This document shows positions 39,896 to 53,647 of a stretch of 64,000 bases of DNA, one piece after another (positions within the stretch are counted from its first letter, which is position 1; every line of letters begins with the position of its first letter). Position numbers and translations under genes: made by a program. The notes beneath the pieces were generated by a model, which ran no database searches, was not told the origin of the DNA, and was given only the letters and a program-made list of their open reading frames with translations. Source of the stretch: Owenia fusiformis. Taxonomy: Eukaryota. The stretch spans positions 10,602,001 through 10,666,000 of the forward strand of contig CAIIXF020000001.1 of assembly GCA_903813345.2 (NCBI GenBank), written 5' to 3'.

Positions 39896-42800
39896 TTTTT
39901 CTGAAATAGAAATTAAACAATTTCTCTACATTTTTAGTTAAAATATTATATTAACTTGGCTGTAATTATGCAAGTCTAGAAAATATAACAAGATTGAGAG
40001 TGGCTTGAACTTTACTTACATATAGCGGTGTATCTTCACTCTTGTTTCTGTTCAGTTATTACGAATTACAATAATCAAGTTAAATCTTTATTTGACTTTT
40101 ATTCTTTTTAATGTATATTATTAACCTCAGAAAAATCCGGAAGCAGTTGTTTCCAGAAGAAAGGTATGACCAACGTCCAATGAAGTCTAACAAGTGTTAA
40201 CACCCACTCTTAACCATGACAACGAGCAGGCTTTTTATCTGATAATCCACAATCAGTAATCCAGTCAACTGTCACAATCAACTCCCACAAGTTAACAAAC
40301 TACGAAGCTCCATTGGCCATGTCGTCCTTTTAGGTAATTTATTCATTTCATTAGGCCTATATTATATCTGCATTGCAAATATTTTACTTTCTTGCTTGGC
40401 TATTAACCCACCACGACATTCTGCCATCAATGATTTTTTGGCAAGCTGACGTTCAGCTGGGATCCAGATTTAAAACCATGTTTAAAAAACGCACATTTAA
40501 CTCATGTAGTAGTATAAAAAACGTTTGGTTTACATATGGTCTTGTTACTTTGCCTTTAGTAAACAGTCTTCTTATCCTTCAACTTCTTTTTTTCACAAGA
40601 CATATTTTGCAGATCTTTAAGTAGCGCAAAGATATTTCCTCCAAATGATGAGGGTTTCGACAATAAATTCAATTTTATGAGTTCAACAAGTTAAGGCCAT
40701 CTTTCCTCTCGCTTAACACTCAAATTAAAATGCCAATACCTGCAACAAACTTATTTGTTGGAACTAGAAGCTTCTGGAATCTTTAAGGTAGACAAAATAC
40801 ACTTGGGAAGATTAATCTATATTACAACAATATACGTAAGGATACAGGTGTAGCGTGGGCTTGCAAGAAATCCAAAGTGATCTCAATACATGAATAAAAA
40901 AGCCTGAACAAACAAACCTTTTTGGCAAAATTGAATTCGGATTTAGTATCAAAATTTGATGAACTAGTGTGTGTAATTAAAAATAAACCAATGATTTATG
41001 ACTCAAATACGCACTTATTAACCCTATCGTCACAAATTAAGGTGTCGTTAAAAAGGATCAGATCTAGCGAGTAAGCTTAAAAGTTGTTTCAATTTTAAAA
41101 TAATTTTTGCTCATATCATTCCTTGTCATGTCTATTTTCTAAAACTCCCAAAACTGCATACTTTACTTGCGTAAAACTAAAGATTTTTACAATAATGTAT
41201 TATATTTCTATAATTATGGTTACCATTTTATTTTTTGGGAGAATTTAAACATTGCCCCATTTTTGCACTTTGAATTCTTAATAACATCACTAATTTATAA
41301 CACATCACGTATATTTTGGGAGGAATTGTACGAGTATTTGAGGAATTGGTGGGTCAAATATACATTTTGTTTGCGGTTTTATCACCCCCTATCTGATTCT
41401 GCCTTTAAACTTAGGTTCTTGCCAATAGCTTATATTATCAGGTGAATGTTAAAGTTCATAAATAAATTCAATTTGTCAATAATACCCCCTCTGTTTATTG
41501 GTGTTTACTGCTATATTTCCAATTGAGATAACTGGGGGGGGGGGTAAATGTGCATTATATGGTTTACATGTTTTTCCAATGTGTCCCACTGAGTTTGCAG
41601 GAAAATAAATTGTCGAAAACTCTGTCTGAATTCAACCACAAAAATGTTAGCCAAAAATATATTTAGGAATCCAAAACGTTTACCCGAATCAATTTGTCAT
41701 GTTTTATCAATTATCACCGTCGTGTTGGTCTTGGGGGAGAGAGGAGTTTGCGCTCTTCGGATATTTGTAATCTAACTTAGGCGTTGAGATGGTAGTATTT
41801 TTGAATTATTGCACCAGTAGCCATTACTTAGGTTAAGATAAGATTATACTATTTATGCTTCACTTGGGGATCTAATGGGATATTGAAGTGAAAATATTCT
41901 CATATAGCATGTTTAGGCTTTCTTAACTAAAAGCAGTGAGATTTACTAGTATTATTTTGGCATATAACTTATAGTACAGCCCTATTATCACTGTGTCATT
42001 GCCCTCATGGTCAAAGTCTGGGTCTAGAAAATCAGTAGTAAATGAAGCTATTATTTTGAAATTATGATTAAACATTGGTAAGGGAACCACTGACAGTTAA
42101 CATAAGATATGAGTCATACGAGCTTCCCAAAGAACAGAGATGTAACTTGAAGCATTTGCTTGACTTCATTCGGTAGTAGTTCAAGTTTCATAAACAAAGT
42201 GTCGCATTGTTAATAGCATGCTTAGATATGCCGTTTATCATAATAATTCTTTTGTATTTTATTTAACACTTTGTACGCTTTGCAATGTCTATTTTGCTAA
42301 GCATCCATTGTTTTTTTTGAAAATTGTTACACGAACGAGTGTTTGGCTCCATAGGCCACCAGGGACAAATTTCCCATTAAAAAATAGAACCCATTAACCT
42401 AACATGTAGCAAAATATACGAAACATGTCTCTCTTTTATTGCATTCGTAAAGGAACGTTCCTTGACACCACTTCTCTTCTCATTTTGTCATACTTTATCA
42501 AAATGCGTCATTGCTCTTTCAATCTTTTGGAAAGAAGTCAAAACCCTTGGGCCAAGGATGCACCTGACACCTATTATAGTTAAGGAGGGGAAGGGTCCCC
42601 ATGCAACCAAGCTAAATAAATTTTTAATTACCATTTTTCATACCAATAGGATGCCTACTTTCAGAATATTGATGTTAACATTCCTATCAACTTGTAATGT
42701 CCCATGGCGCCCATTATTGAAGGATTATACCCCCAGGATTCACCCCTATTGGGGGCACATTTTGATTTCTTCGACATCATTATAAATTATTTTCATTCAT

Positions 42801-43732
42801 GAAAAACATAGACAAACATTGATAAACCATTTTAAGAAAGATTTATACAATATACAATTATAATATATTAGCAGAAAGTGGTTATTCCAGGAGGCAAAAT
42901 TGTGGGGTGTTTTTACACAATTATGGATATAACTTTTAAAAGCAATAATAGAATTCATGTCAAGAGCTTAGGAGTAAACCTAGATATAGTAATCCTGGAG
43001 AATGATCTGATGCGAGTAGAAATAATTTTGATTCACGTCATTAAATATTCAAAATTCCGTCAAGGTGATGTCATATTTGAAATCTGCATGTAAAAGTACA
43101 CCTAGAAATATGGTTTCGAAATTGTTTATTTTTTGAAAATGTGACTTATAGCTCGGGGAGATTCCCCATAGACCCCAGGTTATAAAATTACAAAAAGTGA
43201 AATATCTTTTCTTGTATAGGACAGATTTTCTTTTAATAGACATATTTCAATTTGCATAACTATTAGATACATAAGGGTGATATGAAAATTGAACTCCTAA
43301 AACAGATGAATATTTAAGTTAAGGGAACTTTCTCCTATACCCGCAATGCTATCTGACCTGAACGAGCCACCTGGTGATGAAACTGCTAACTACCTACTCG
43401 CATCTGAGTTATTGCAGTATTTGCTTCACTAGTGCCTGAGAATAAAATGATGCATTTTCAATAATTGAAAGATCAAATGGATGGATTTCAAGTTTACCTA
43501 CACAGAAGATGCACATCGTTTTAAAAAGATGGACAAAATTGAAATCAGTAAAGAATGTTTTTTTATTTAAATTATTAGAAGCAAGAATTTGTTACAGACA
43601 CCGACCGCCGTCACAAAAAGTTTGAGTTGAAACTAATTAAAAAATTGTTTAGCTTGGGTGCATTAGAAGCCCTCTCCTTCCTTCTTAACTATTATCATAA
43701 ATTTTTCCATATTTAGGAAAACACGGGGAAAT

Positions 43733-44214
43733 CACTGGTGATCCACTCGATTACGCTGGTTACCGAAACGGTTCGTTTCGGTAACAAAATGTCGGAACAT
43801 CGAAGGTACGATTTTTCTTTTTTCCTTATTTCACATGTTGTAGGCAGAATTCCCATGACATTTTTAACACAAACGTGTATCAGTATCATATGTTTAAGAA
43901 AATGTACATATTTGCGAACAAATAGTTCAGAAGACAACAGAATCGTCTATTTAATTCCTCATTTAAGTTACAGAAACGGTTTTTCGAAAAAACAGTTAAG
44001 ATCTGCACTTAACCCAGACCGTTTATGTAACTTAAGTGAGGAATTAAATCGACGATTCTGTTGTATTCTGAGCTATTTTTCCGCAAACATTTACATCTTC
44101 TCAAACATATGATACTGATATACGTTTGTGAGCAAAAACGTCGTGAACATTCTGCCTACAACACGACATTTTGAACCGTTTGAGTAACCAGCGTAATCGA
44201 GCGGATCACCAGTG
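43733..44214. mobile_element. 482-bp palindromic MITE, CAC...GTG ends, 5-bp TSD (Transib-like family 2)
   Basis: gaaat|CACTGGTGATCCACTCGATTACGCTGGTTAC...GTAACCAGCGTAATCGAGCGGATCACCAGTG|gaaat. Confidence 0.85.
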
Positions 44215-46074
44215 GAAATGTTTTAATATGGTCAGTATAATGATCATGAAGTGCTTATAATGCCAGTAAGCTGCCATCTTTTAAGATTTCATACAGAACA
44301 GTTGATGTTATCGTCTCTAAACTTTTATAATCTTTCCCACAGTATTCAGTATTACAGTATAGGAAAGTAGCACAAAATCACTTCAAGACAACTGGCCCTT
44401 TACTTTCTGTGCAAAAATATTTTCAGGGTTTGTCAGTTTGTCTGTCAAGAGAATTTCAAAAGGGTTAAATCAGAAATTGAAAAAGAATACTAGTATCGAG
44501 CACACTGTTTTGAAAATCTTAATAGCTCCTTGCCCAATGCTATATGCAAAGTTGAGAGTCGGTGACATCACTTCCTGTGTGAAAACTTAAAATATTGTAG
44601 CCTACTGGATCGGAATAGAGCACTACATTTTTAAGAGATCAATACTGACCATATTAAAAAAAAGTGTTTTGCTAAATATTGAAAGTATAATACAAATATA
44701 TAACTACCATATTTGGAGAGAGATGGTCTGACAAGGAATATCCCTTTAAGTTCAAGCGCTAAAGCACATTTTTGGTGATCCTTTCTGATTTCACTCTTAT
44801 TGATTACATTAATAAATTCACATTTGAGTTGTCGTTCTGCAATGAATTTGATGAAACAAAAAGAATCACGCTTGAAGAGTTGATACTTAGTAATTAAACT
44901 CTACGGGCCCCTTTACATTAGATCTAACACAATCGTTTACTTTCCGACACTTAGATTAAATTGTGAATTGTTCAACTGTTCGTAAATACTCTTGTTTCAA
45001 AAAGTTTACAAAAATGTAAGTCCAAACTAGGTCCAAAGCAATATGATAACATTCCAACATTTTAAAAGTCTATTTCTTTTAAAGTAATCGTAGAAAAACG
45101 TGTCACTTACCAGATGGGGTATTAAATCAACTGCTTCCTATCTAATCACTCCTACATTGTGTCTAGCCCAGATTATGCTTCAATCCATGCATGACATGCA
45201 AATCAGAAGAGTCGTGTATTTATCGGCTCGTTTCACTTTATGGCTCGGAAACTCTGAAATTTGTCCTCCCAACAGTGTAATTCAATGTGTTTGAGAAAAC
45301 CCGCCCTATACAGCATCACCAGCGAGACACTAAACAGAACGTTAACCGTAACTCGGTACTTGTCAAACTGAACAAGAGAATGAATTTCTCAGAATGAAAG
45401 AAACCTAATAAGCAGCCACTTACATGTCCCTATAAGATTCTAACTAAAAGACAGTTGGATAAACACATCATAGGGGGTCCATTATATGTAAAGTTGCTTT
45501 CTGTTGATAGAATGGAATCATGCACTGTCCCTGGGGATACTGTACAGTTTTGTGGGTTGGTCCCAAGTTAAAAATGGACAATAGGGTCAATTCTCGAATA
45601 CCGTAAAATCTCTTCAGAATAATGTAAATTGATCAGGTTTTCTTATGTTGCCTCTAAATGTTGCCCTCTGTACTTTGTGATCCAGGGAGCACACACACAC
45701 GCTGCAATAACGACAAATTGTCGCACTACTGAAGACCATGACCTAATCTCTACCACGCAGATCCATATTTTTCTCAAGTAAATAGTTCTGTGAGTTCATG
45801 CTGGGAGTAGTATGTTAATTGACACGGGTAAGACGATATGTATTTTGTGGCAGAAGACAGAGCTAATCTTACTGTGTATGTCATCTACTGACAAATTTCA
45901 TTCTAACGCATGCCACCTGTTTAACCCTCTCACACCAAAATTCAGTGATCAGTCAACACTCATAATATTCTTTGTATATCGCCAGACGCTGAAGGGTTAA
46001 GAAGATTTAGAGCCATCTTAAGAACAATAAAGACATGTTCTAGCAGTAACCATTTTTCATAATTTTGGATTTCT

Positions 46075-47582
46075 TGAATTTGAACCTCATATCATGCCTA
46101 TATAATATTGAATTTGAATGTATACCTATTCATATTGAATTTGATTAGATACCTATATCATATTTAAATTGAATACCTGTATATCAAATTCCATATCAAC
46201 TTTAATTTGATTGCTTGTCTATCAACTTGAATTTTATGATATGCCTTTATCATATAAACTTGATTACATGCCTATTTCAAATTGAATTCGATGACATGCC
46301 TATTTTATATTGGACTTAATTGCATGCTTACATCACATTGAACTTGATGACATGATTATAAATATTGAATTTGATTGCATGCCTATATCATGTTGAACTT
46401 GATGGCATACTTAATTTTATTGAGTTTGATTATATACTTGTACATCATATTGTAATTGAATTTGATTGTTTGATTGATGAAATGCCTATATTATATTAAA
46501 CTTGATGACAATCCTATATCATATAGATATATTAATTTGATGACATGCCGATATAATATCGAATTTGATTACATGCCTATATCATGTTATACTTGATCAC
46601 ATACCTATATTATTTTAAATTTGGTTACATGCCTATATTATGTTGAATTTGATGACACGCCTATGTTAAATTGAATTTAATTACTTGCCTATATCATATT
46701 GAATTTGATTATTACATTTTGTATCGTATTTTGATTGTCTATATCAAAAACTTGAATTTGATTACATGCCTATATTATGTTGAATTTGATGATATGCCAA
46801 TATAATGTCGAATTTGATTACTTGCCTGTATCATATTGAATTTGATGACATGCCAATACAATATCGAATTCGATTACATGCCTATATCATGTTGAATTTG
46901 ATGACATGCCAATGTCATATCGAATTTGATTACATGCCTATATCATGTTGAATTTGATTACATGTCTATATTATATTGAATTTGATTACATGCCTATATC
47001 ATGTTGAATTTGATGACATGCCAATGTAATATCGAATCGCTTACATGCCTATATCATGTTGAATTTGATGACATGCCAATATAATATTGAATTTGATTAC
47101 ATGTCTATATTATATTGAATTTGATTACATGCCTATATCATGTTGAATTTGATGACATGCCAATGTAATATCGAATCGCTTACATGCCTATATCATGTTG
47201 AATTTGATGACATGCCAATGTAATATCGAATTTGATTACATGCCTATATCATGTCGAATTTGATGACATGCCAATGTCATATCGAATTTGATTACATGCC
47301 TATATCATGTCGAATTCGATGACATGCCAATATAATATTGAATTTGATTACATGTCTATATTATATTGAATTTGATTATCCCTGCATCATGTTGAAGTTG
47401 ATGACATGCCAATCTTATATAATTAGATAAATTGCCTATCATATTGAATTTGATTATATCACATCTGTGACGTTTTCAATTTGATTGTCTGTCTATTTGA
47501 ACTTGATGACATGTCTATGCCTACATCAAACTATATTAAACTTGACGGCATGCCTGTATCGCATGTATCATGTTGAATTTGA
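46075..47582. repeat. Satellite/minisatellite array, 28-bp unit GAATTTGAT(T/G)ACATGCC(T/A)ATATCATGTT, about 50 copies
   Basis: Direct tandem copies, homogeneous at ~46750-47400 and degenerate at the edges. Degenerate copies resume at ~48030-48160. Confidence 0.95.
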
Positions 47583-49183
47583 CCTTCTCTACCGAATGTT
47601 AACTAGTGGGCAGGTTTTGGAGGCAATTATGATGTCTATTTGCCTGGCAACCTCTTTCAGAACCACGGGTTGTCAACGAAAGATTTGTCCGGCTTGTTGC
47701 TCGCATTGTTTCTTCCTGCTTGTTTCTTTTCACTTCCTCCTCAACGGGGATTACCTGGACGCTGTGATCGTTTATCGGGTCTGAGTTGTCCGGCGTCTGA
47801 CGCGGTTTTATTTATTTATTCACCTCTCTGCGTTGTGTTAGAGTTGGTGACAACCTCAGTCTATATTGATTGGTCTTACACCATTTTCTGATTCTTTCGC
47901 AACCTTCGCATAAATCTCGTCGTCCGTTATCTTTGCGAAGGTCATTATCCGTTGTGTTCTGCCTATGGGACAAGTCTTCCGCCCCCACCCCCTCTTGGGT
48001 CTTCCGGGGAGTATTCGCTAGTTTGAACTGTGGCTTGCATGTTATATCATATCAAATATGATTGCAAGTCTTTGTAACATTTGACAGGATCCTGTTTAGT
48101 ATAAGATGTGTTGCAGAATATTAATGGCATGCCTGTAGATCATACTTAATTTGAAAATTTGTCAATTGTAATAACTTGTTAATTGATATAATGTTCCAAG
48201 AAACTAAATTACTTTGGATGGTTAGACTTTTTAGAGGTCAGGATGGCTTATTTGTTACTGTGGGGTGATAAATGGACGAACCTGTGGTAATCCCACAGCT
48301 ACTCTTTATTCAAGTCAGGACAGATGAACACATTTATCACTATACAATGTGTAATCGTTTTAAACAGTCCGGCGAACATCCCCAATTAATAGGAAATACC
48401 CAGGCGACCCATCAATTGATTTACATAGACCGGTGACATAATACTGTGGCTGGGAGCTTGACTGCAAATTACACAAGCGCACTTGATTGCAGATTTAAAA
48501 AACAAAAAGAAGGTCTATCCGACTTTTACAACTAATGTAGATTAAATTACTACTATTTATTCAAACACATTTTTTAAATGAATTTCAGTATTCACATACA
48601 AAAATTAATGCAACTTTACTGGGTCGAATTTTATGATGAGTTAAATTTTATGATGCGTACAAATAATGTGATTCAATCATTCAACGCTACAAGAGATTGG
48701 TCTGCAATCCATAACTAAGCAAAATTAATCACCCCCAAAGGATAGTTTGCAATCCCTTGGGCCTCATTTTCAGGAAGAAAACCAGTATTTTCATGATGCA
48801 GTAAGTGTACATAATGTATTAATTCATCAAATATCTCATTGATCAATACCGATTTATAATTTATATATTCATTAATTACTTTGATGCAGCCGACTGTATA
48901 AACTACGGAAAGTTTGACAAATACTTTCTAATTTGATCCCGACCTATTGTGTGCCCTGATTGAATTTTATTATTTAATAAGGTGTTATTTTGTTAGTAGC
49001 TCTTTTATAAACATAAGGAAATGGGATGGTCTGACCAAGAGCACGGTGTCCAACCCAAACGCTCTTACACACACGACGGATCGTTTCATTACTGAAACTA
49101 AACAAAGGCTCCGGAGTAGGAAAAATGGTGGGCGGCAATGATGAGCCGTCTGACGATTTCCCCAATAATGGAAATAAGAAGTA

Positions 49184-50054
49184 CAACCCCTCCATAAGTT
49201 TGGCAACCTTAGCTCCCCCATTGAACTACGTGTTAAAGCCTCTTTAGTGTACGTTTAAACATTTATTTACTTAACCGGCGATGAAATAACTCATAATATT
49301 GATGGAAACGTAACTTGACTTTAATTCCAATACCTCAAAATTTTCTCAATTTTTTCCTCAATTACAATAGGTCGAAAATTGATGATAAATTTGATGACTT
49401 TTTGAAAATCGTCATTCCCATGTAATCCAATGGTTAATGGAGGGTTCGGAGCAAATCATCAGAAATCAGGATATCTTTTCAGTAAAAGATTCAGCAAAAA
49501 GTATTTTTATATAGAAAATGGAAATGTCCAACTTTTTTGTACACTAAGTGTTTAGTTAATTTGATGAATACTAAAGTTACAGCGCTTCAAAGTCATTTTT
49601 GAAAATAATTTTTCGCCTCTTGTGTTATTTCAATGGGAGAGGTTTTTTGAAAAACAATTTTGACTTTAAAGCCCTATAACTTTGTTGAACCTGAAGAAAC
49701 ATATCAATTTTTGTGAAATAAAGTTATCAAATTTAATTGCCTGCCCAACTCGTATTTTTTGCAAGGATTTGGATGGATATTCTCTCATGACTTGCGGCAA
49801 ACTTCCATTTCCCATTGGTTAACATGGGAATGTCGATTTTCAAAAAAATCATCAAAATCATCAATTTTCGACTTGTTGTAATTGAGAAAAAAATGAGAAA
49901 AGTTGGAGGTATTGGAAATGAAGTCAAATTACGTTCCCATCAATAGTATAAGTATTTTCAACGCAGGTTAAGTAAGTAAAAATTCAAAGGTAAAGAAGCT
50001 TTAACACGTAGTTCAATGGGGGAGCTAAGGTTGCCAAACTTATGGAGGGGAGTG
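49184..50054. mobile_element. Tc1/mariner-type MITE, second copy (inverted relative to 8551-9396)
   Basis: ta|CAACCCCTCCATAAGTTTGGCAACC...GGTTGCCAAACTTATGGAGGGGAGTG|ta. Interior is the reverse complement of the first copy. Confidence 0.8.
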
Positions 50055-51710
50055 TATGTGCTACTTAATTCGAGTATATCATTCGATGGGTGTGATATTC
50101 ATGTTGTACTTGGTTGGCCGTTGACGTTTGACGCAATTAGGAAGAGCTGTACGAAGCAGTATAGTTATCAAAATTCATAAACGCATTTGTCATTCTACCG
50201 GTCAAACCCCCTTTTGTCGAGAGACGTGATTAGTTGAGTCAAGATTAGAGCATCAGAGTATATTTTGGACAAATTCCAAAGCTCCAACACACCATATATT
50301 ATCGTAATTGTGATTTGATGACCGAAAATCCAGTCTTAAAAATGATGACATTCTGATGACATATTCAAGAAACTCTGAGATCTGGTTAACACAGTGAACT
50401 GGAAACACTGAGGTACTAGTCTAGATATGTTTAGGAATTAACTTGACTTTCCTTTTCAGGAAGAGAAAGAAAAGATCTATTATACCCCTTGGCATCAAAA
50501 GAAGAAAGATTAATTCACACATAAACTTTCTGTTTTGTTGTCAATAGTTTTAGCACACATGTAGGCATAACATCACCTAATGTAGGCTTAAGTCGGCTTG
50601 CACGTATCGCACCACCACGTTGGGACGTTTCAGTTTGCCTAACAAGTACAACACATAGATTCGATTCCGAACTCTTCTCTAATAATAAATAATCTGAAAA
50701 TAATATCAAAACAAAATGGTAAGAGCATTTCTAAAATTGTGTCCAAAATCGACGGAGCGTTTCGGGGAAAACAAGCGATTTCTCGAAAACAAGTAATGGA
50801 TTTGGACTGGGATTTTAGCAAATGAGAATATACGAGTTTGTGATGTACTACTTTGACAGAAAGATTGACGTTTTCATATAAATACTAGTTTAATTCGTAA
50901 TTTGTGGTCAATTCGTCAACTTCCTCGTTCGATCTACACTACGGAGCTTTGATCAAGCCAATAACAGTTTACCACCAGAAGTTAATAAGATCTTTGCTCA
51001 GGGTATTATTCATCGAATGGTACATAATATGTCACCATAACGTATGATATGTAAGTGAAACAGTACTTACGGTCATAGTTGGATCTTCATTAGCCGCCAT
51101 TTTATTTCGCTCCGCAGCGTTTCCGCGTGAATGAAACGCACCGTCGTGCATGTAAGAGCGTTTGGGTTGGATACCGTGAAGAGGCATCTGGCCTTCCCCT
51201 CTGGCTGACTGTTATTCCCTTTGACAATATCCCGGGGACAATATATAGATGAGTAGGGGAGTAGCTTTCAATCAGGGGAGATGCGATCGTGGCATAAGCG
51301 AGCCAATAATTTTTTTCCTTTAAAATTGAGCTAGAAGCTTCAAATAAAAAACATTCACTACGCATATGGAAGTCGCCTATGCATCGCTTGCATCAGCCCC
51401 CCCCCCCCTCTCTCTCTACACGTATATACGTATATCCACGGAGATATACTTGACTAATGTCTGAGTAATTTCATTTTCAAAATGATGGCACAGTTTGACT
51501 GGCGCAGGTAAGTCAAAACTAGAATGACTCATCTTTGTTTGCTCGGATGTCTCAAGCTGAACCAAAGCAAGCGAAGGTGAGACTGACTGACATAACTCAA
51601 CTACGTACATTCTATCATGATAAATGTCGCATTATCCTGAAATCCTACATTTTCGTTTAAAGATTTACATTGAGAAAATGGCACTATTTCACAATATTGC
51701 TGGAGTCCTA

Positions 51711-53647
51711 TCAGGGACAGCCAATACATGGACGTCTTCTTCTGTATGTATTTAACTGCGAGTCATCAATATCTGGAAATTAGAATGAAGATTACTTAAC
51801 TTATATACATAATAGTATTTAAATCAGGAAAGTACTGATACTATGATATATGTTAAAATGACACGTGAAAATTGACAAAGTGATTTATTTTCACTCGGAG
51901 AGACAACTACTTGCAATCATTACAGACCTAAGATTCATCCGATTTATAAATAAACGAGGGGAAAACACGAGTTTCAAACTTAAGACATACTAACAGTACT
52001 ACTTATTTATTAATATAATTCAAACAACAAACGCGTCTTTTGAAGATCTATTGAAACCCTGTCCAAGCTACTAAGAAAATAATAATATTTCATAAGATAG
52101 TACCCTATCTTTATATTCAGCCTATAATAAAAAACGCTTATATCCTTTCATTAATTATATCTGGTTTGAATCATTTAGATTTATCAAAGTCCCTCTTCAA
52201 CTGATTCCGACACCCACTATCTTTGCTCTCTCCCGAAGATAGTAAAGGCTATTGAAGAACCCACGGTGGGTTTGAATGGATTCTGTGATTTTGTAGACTA
52301 AAGGATGGATGGTGGATGTATAGAAAAAATTGAAAAACATCATCTAAATTTCTTTGTTTAACATATTGAGCAAAACGTTGTTCGACATATCACTTAATTG
52401 CCTTTAATTTTTAAGTTCCGGTTTGTGTAAGACCAGGGGTCAACTTAGGCCAGTATACGGCGGGAGGTCAGCTTCAGAAACCCGGTGTGAAAGAAATTAT
52501 GGTCCCCTGGGGATTATGGTCCCCTTTCTAAACGGCCCTTACTGGCCCTAACTGTGTATAAATAATAAGGAAAATAATTGTAATTAGGTCACCATATAAA
52601 TCAATAGAAAGTAGGACCAAAATTTGAGAGGACCATCTACCCTTTTACACCAGGTTCGTTCGTCTATGATATAAAGAAACGTTTCAAATGTTAATGTGAC
52701 TTGTTTTGTCTTACCTCCTTTTACTATGTCTACAAGTATACGAGCAACGAGACTGAGTCGTTCCCTCTCTTGACCAAGTTCCCGTCTCTCTGAAATGATT
52801 GTAAACAGCGGTGGAATACAACATAACGGATAATTGTGAACAACGTTGAAATACAACGTTACGCATAATTGTGAACAACGTTGAAATACAACGTTACGCA
52901 TAATTGTGAACAACGTGGACATTTTGTGAAAAATCTCCGAGTTTGACCTTTGGGAACCTATCTAGCAACAGATATATGTGAACAACGTTGAAATACAACG
53001 TTGGCATAATTGTAAACAACGTTGAAATACATGAACGTTGACATATTTTTGAACAATGTCGACTTTATTATGAAAAATCGTTACAATTAATTAACCTTAT
53101 TGAATTCCCAGAATGACGGATATTTTTGTCACAAATAAAACTCCTTTGGAACCCAGAGCAACAAATCTTTGACAATTTTTATCCAATCTACTCAAATTAT
53201 GTTTTAAAAGGTATGCAATGGGTCTATGTTTACCATTCTTATAAATATCCATCAATTATAAATTTTCTGCTTAAAATAGAAGGACGAAGATTATGATATT
53301 ACAAAACAAAGTAATATTGGCTACTTATTATCTTGTTTACCTTCAAGGAGTTCAGTCTTTTCTTTTTCAAGTTCCTTCATAGCATTGTTCACCTCAGTAT
53401 CAATATGTTTTGACACATCGTTGTCAACTATTCTTTCTCCCGTTGCATCGTCAGTAGAAGCTTTCAATTTGCCGTCTTCCTTTCTTTGTATGTTGTCGCC
53501 TGTATCTGGGACTTTATCATTTAGTCGTTTGCGATATGCTTTTAGTAGTTCTATGAGGTCTCGTTCATCGTTATCTGGTTCGGCAGCCTCCAAATATTGG
53601 ACACTAGCGAGTCCCGAAAGAAGGATTAAAAGTATCCGGAGTTCCAT
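51711..53647 (-). CDS. Putative secreted prepropeptide, family B paralogue 2 (147 aa), C-terminal RRRR-PCIGCP*
   Basis: Exons 53647-53341, 52789-52715 and 51772-51711 (GT-AG, both introns phase 1; 444 nt). Signal peptide MELRILLILLSGLASVQYLEA, ending ...ERRELGQERERLSLVARILVDIVKGDIDDSQLNTYRRRRPCIGCP*. Same exon/phase structure as 36473-39895. Confidence 0.85.
52800..53070. repeat. 35-bp minisatellite GCATAATTGTGAACAACGTTGAAATACAACGTTAC (intronic)
   Basis: Copies at 52863 and 52898, with diverged copies to ~53070. Abuts the acceptor of exon 52789. Confidence 0.8.

Noticed and set aside
46075-47582. CRISPR-like array
   Set aside because: Contiguous tandem units without unique spacers, eukaryotic context, no cas genes.
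51708-51713. TGA-TAG after CIGCP read as a C-terminal selenocysteine
   Set aside because: No SECIS element recognisable by eye and the paralogue has Gly, not Cys, at this position; a double stop is simpler. SECISearch on the 3' UTR would settle it.
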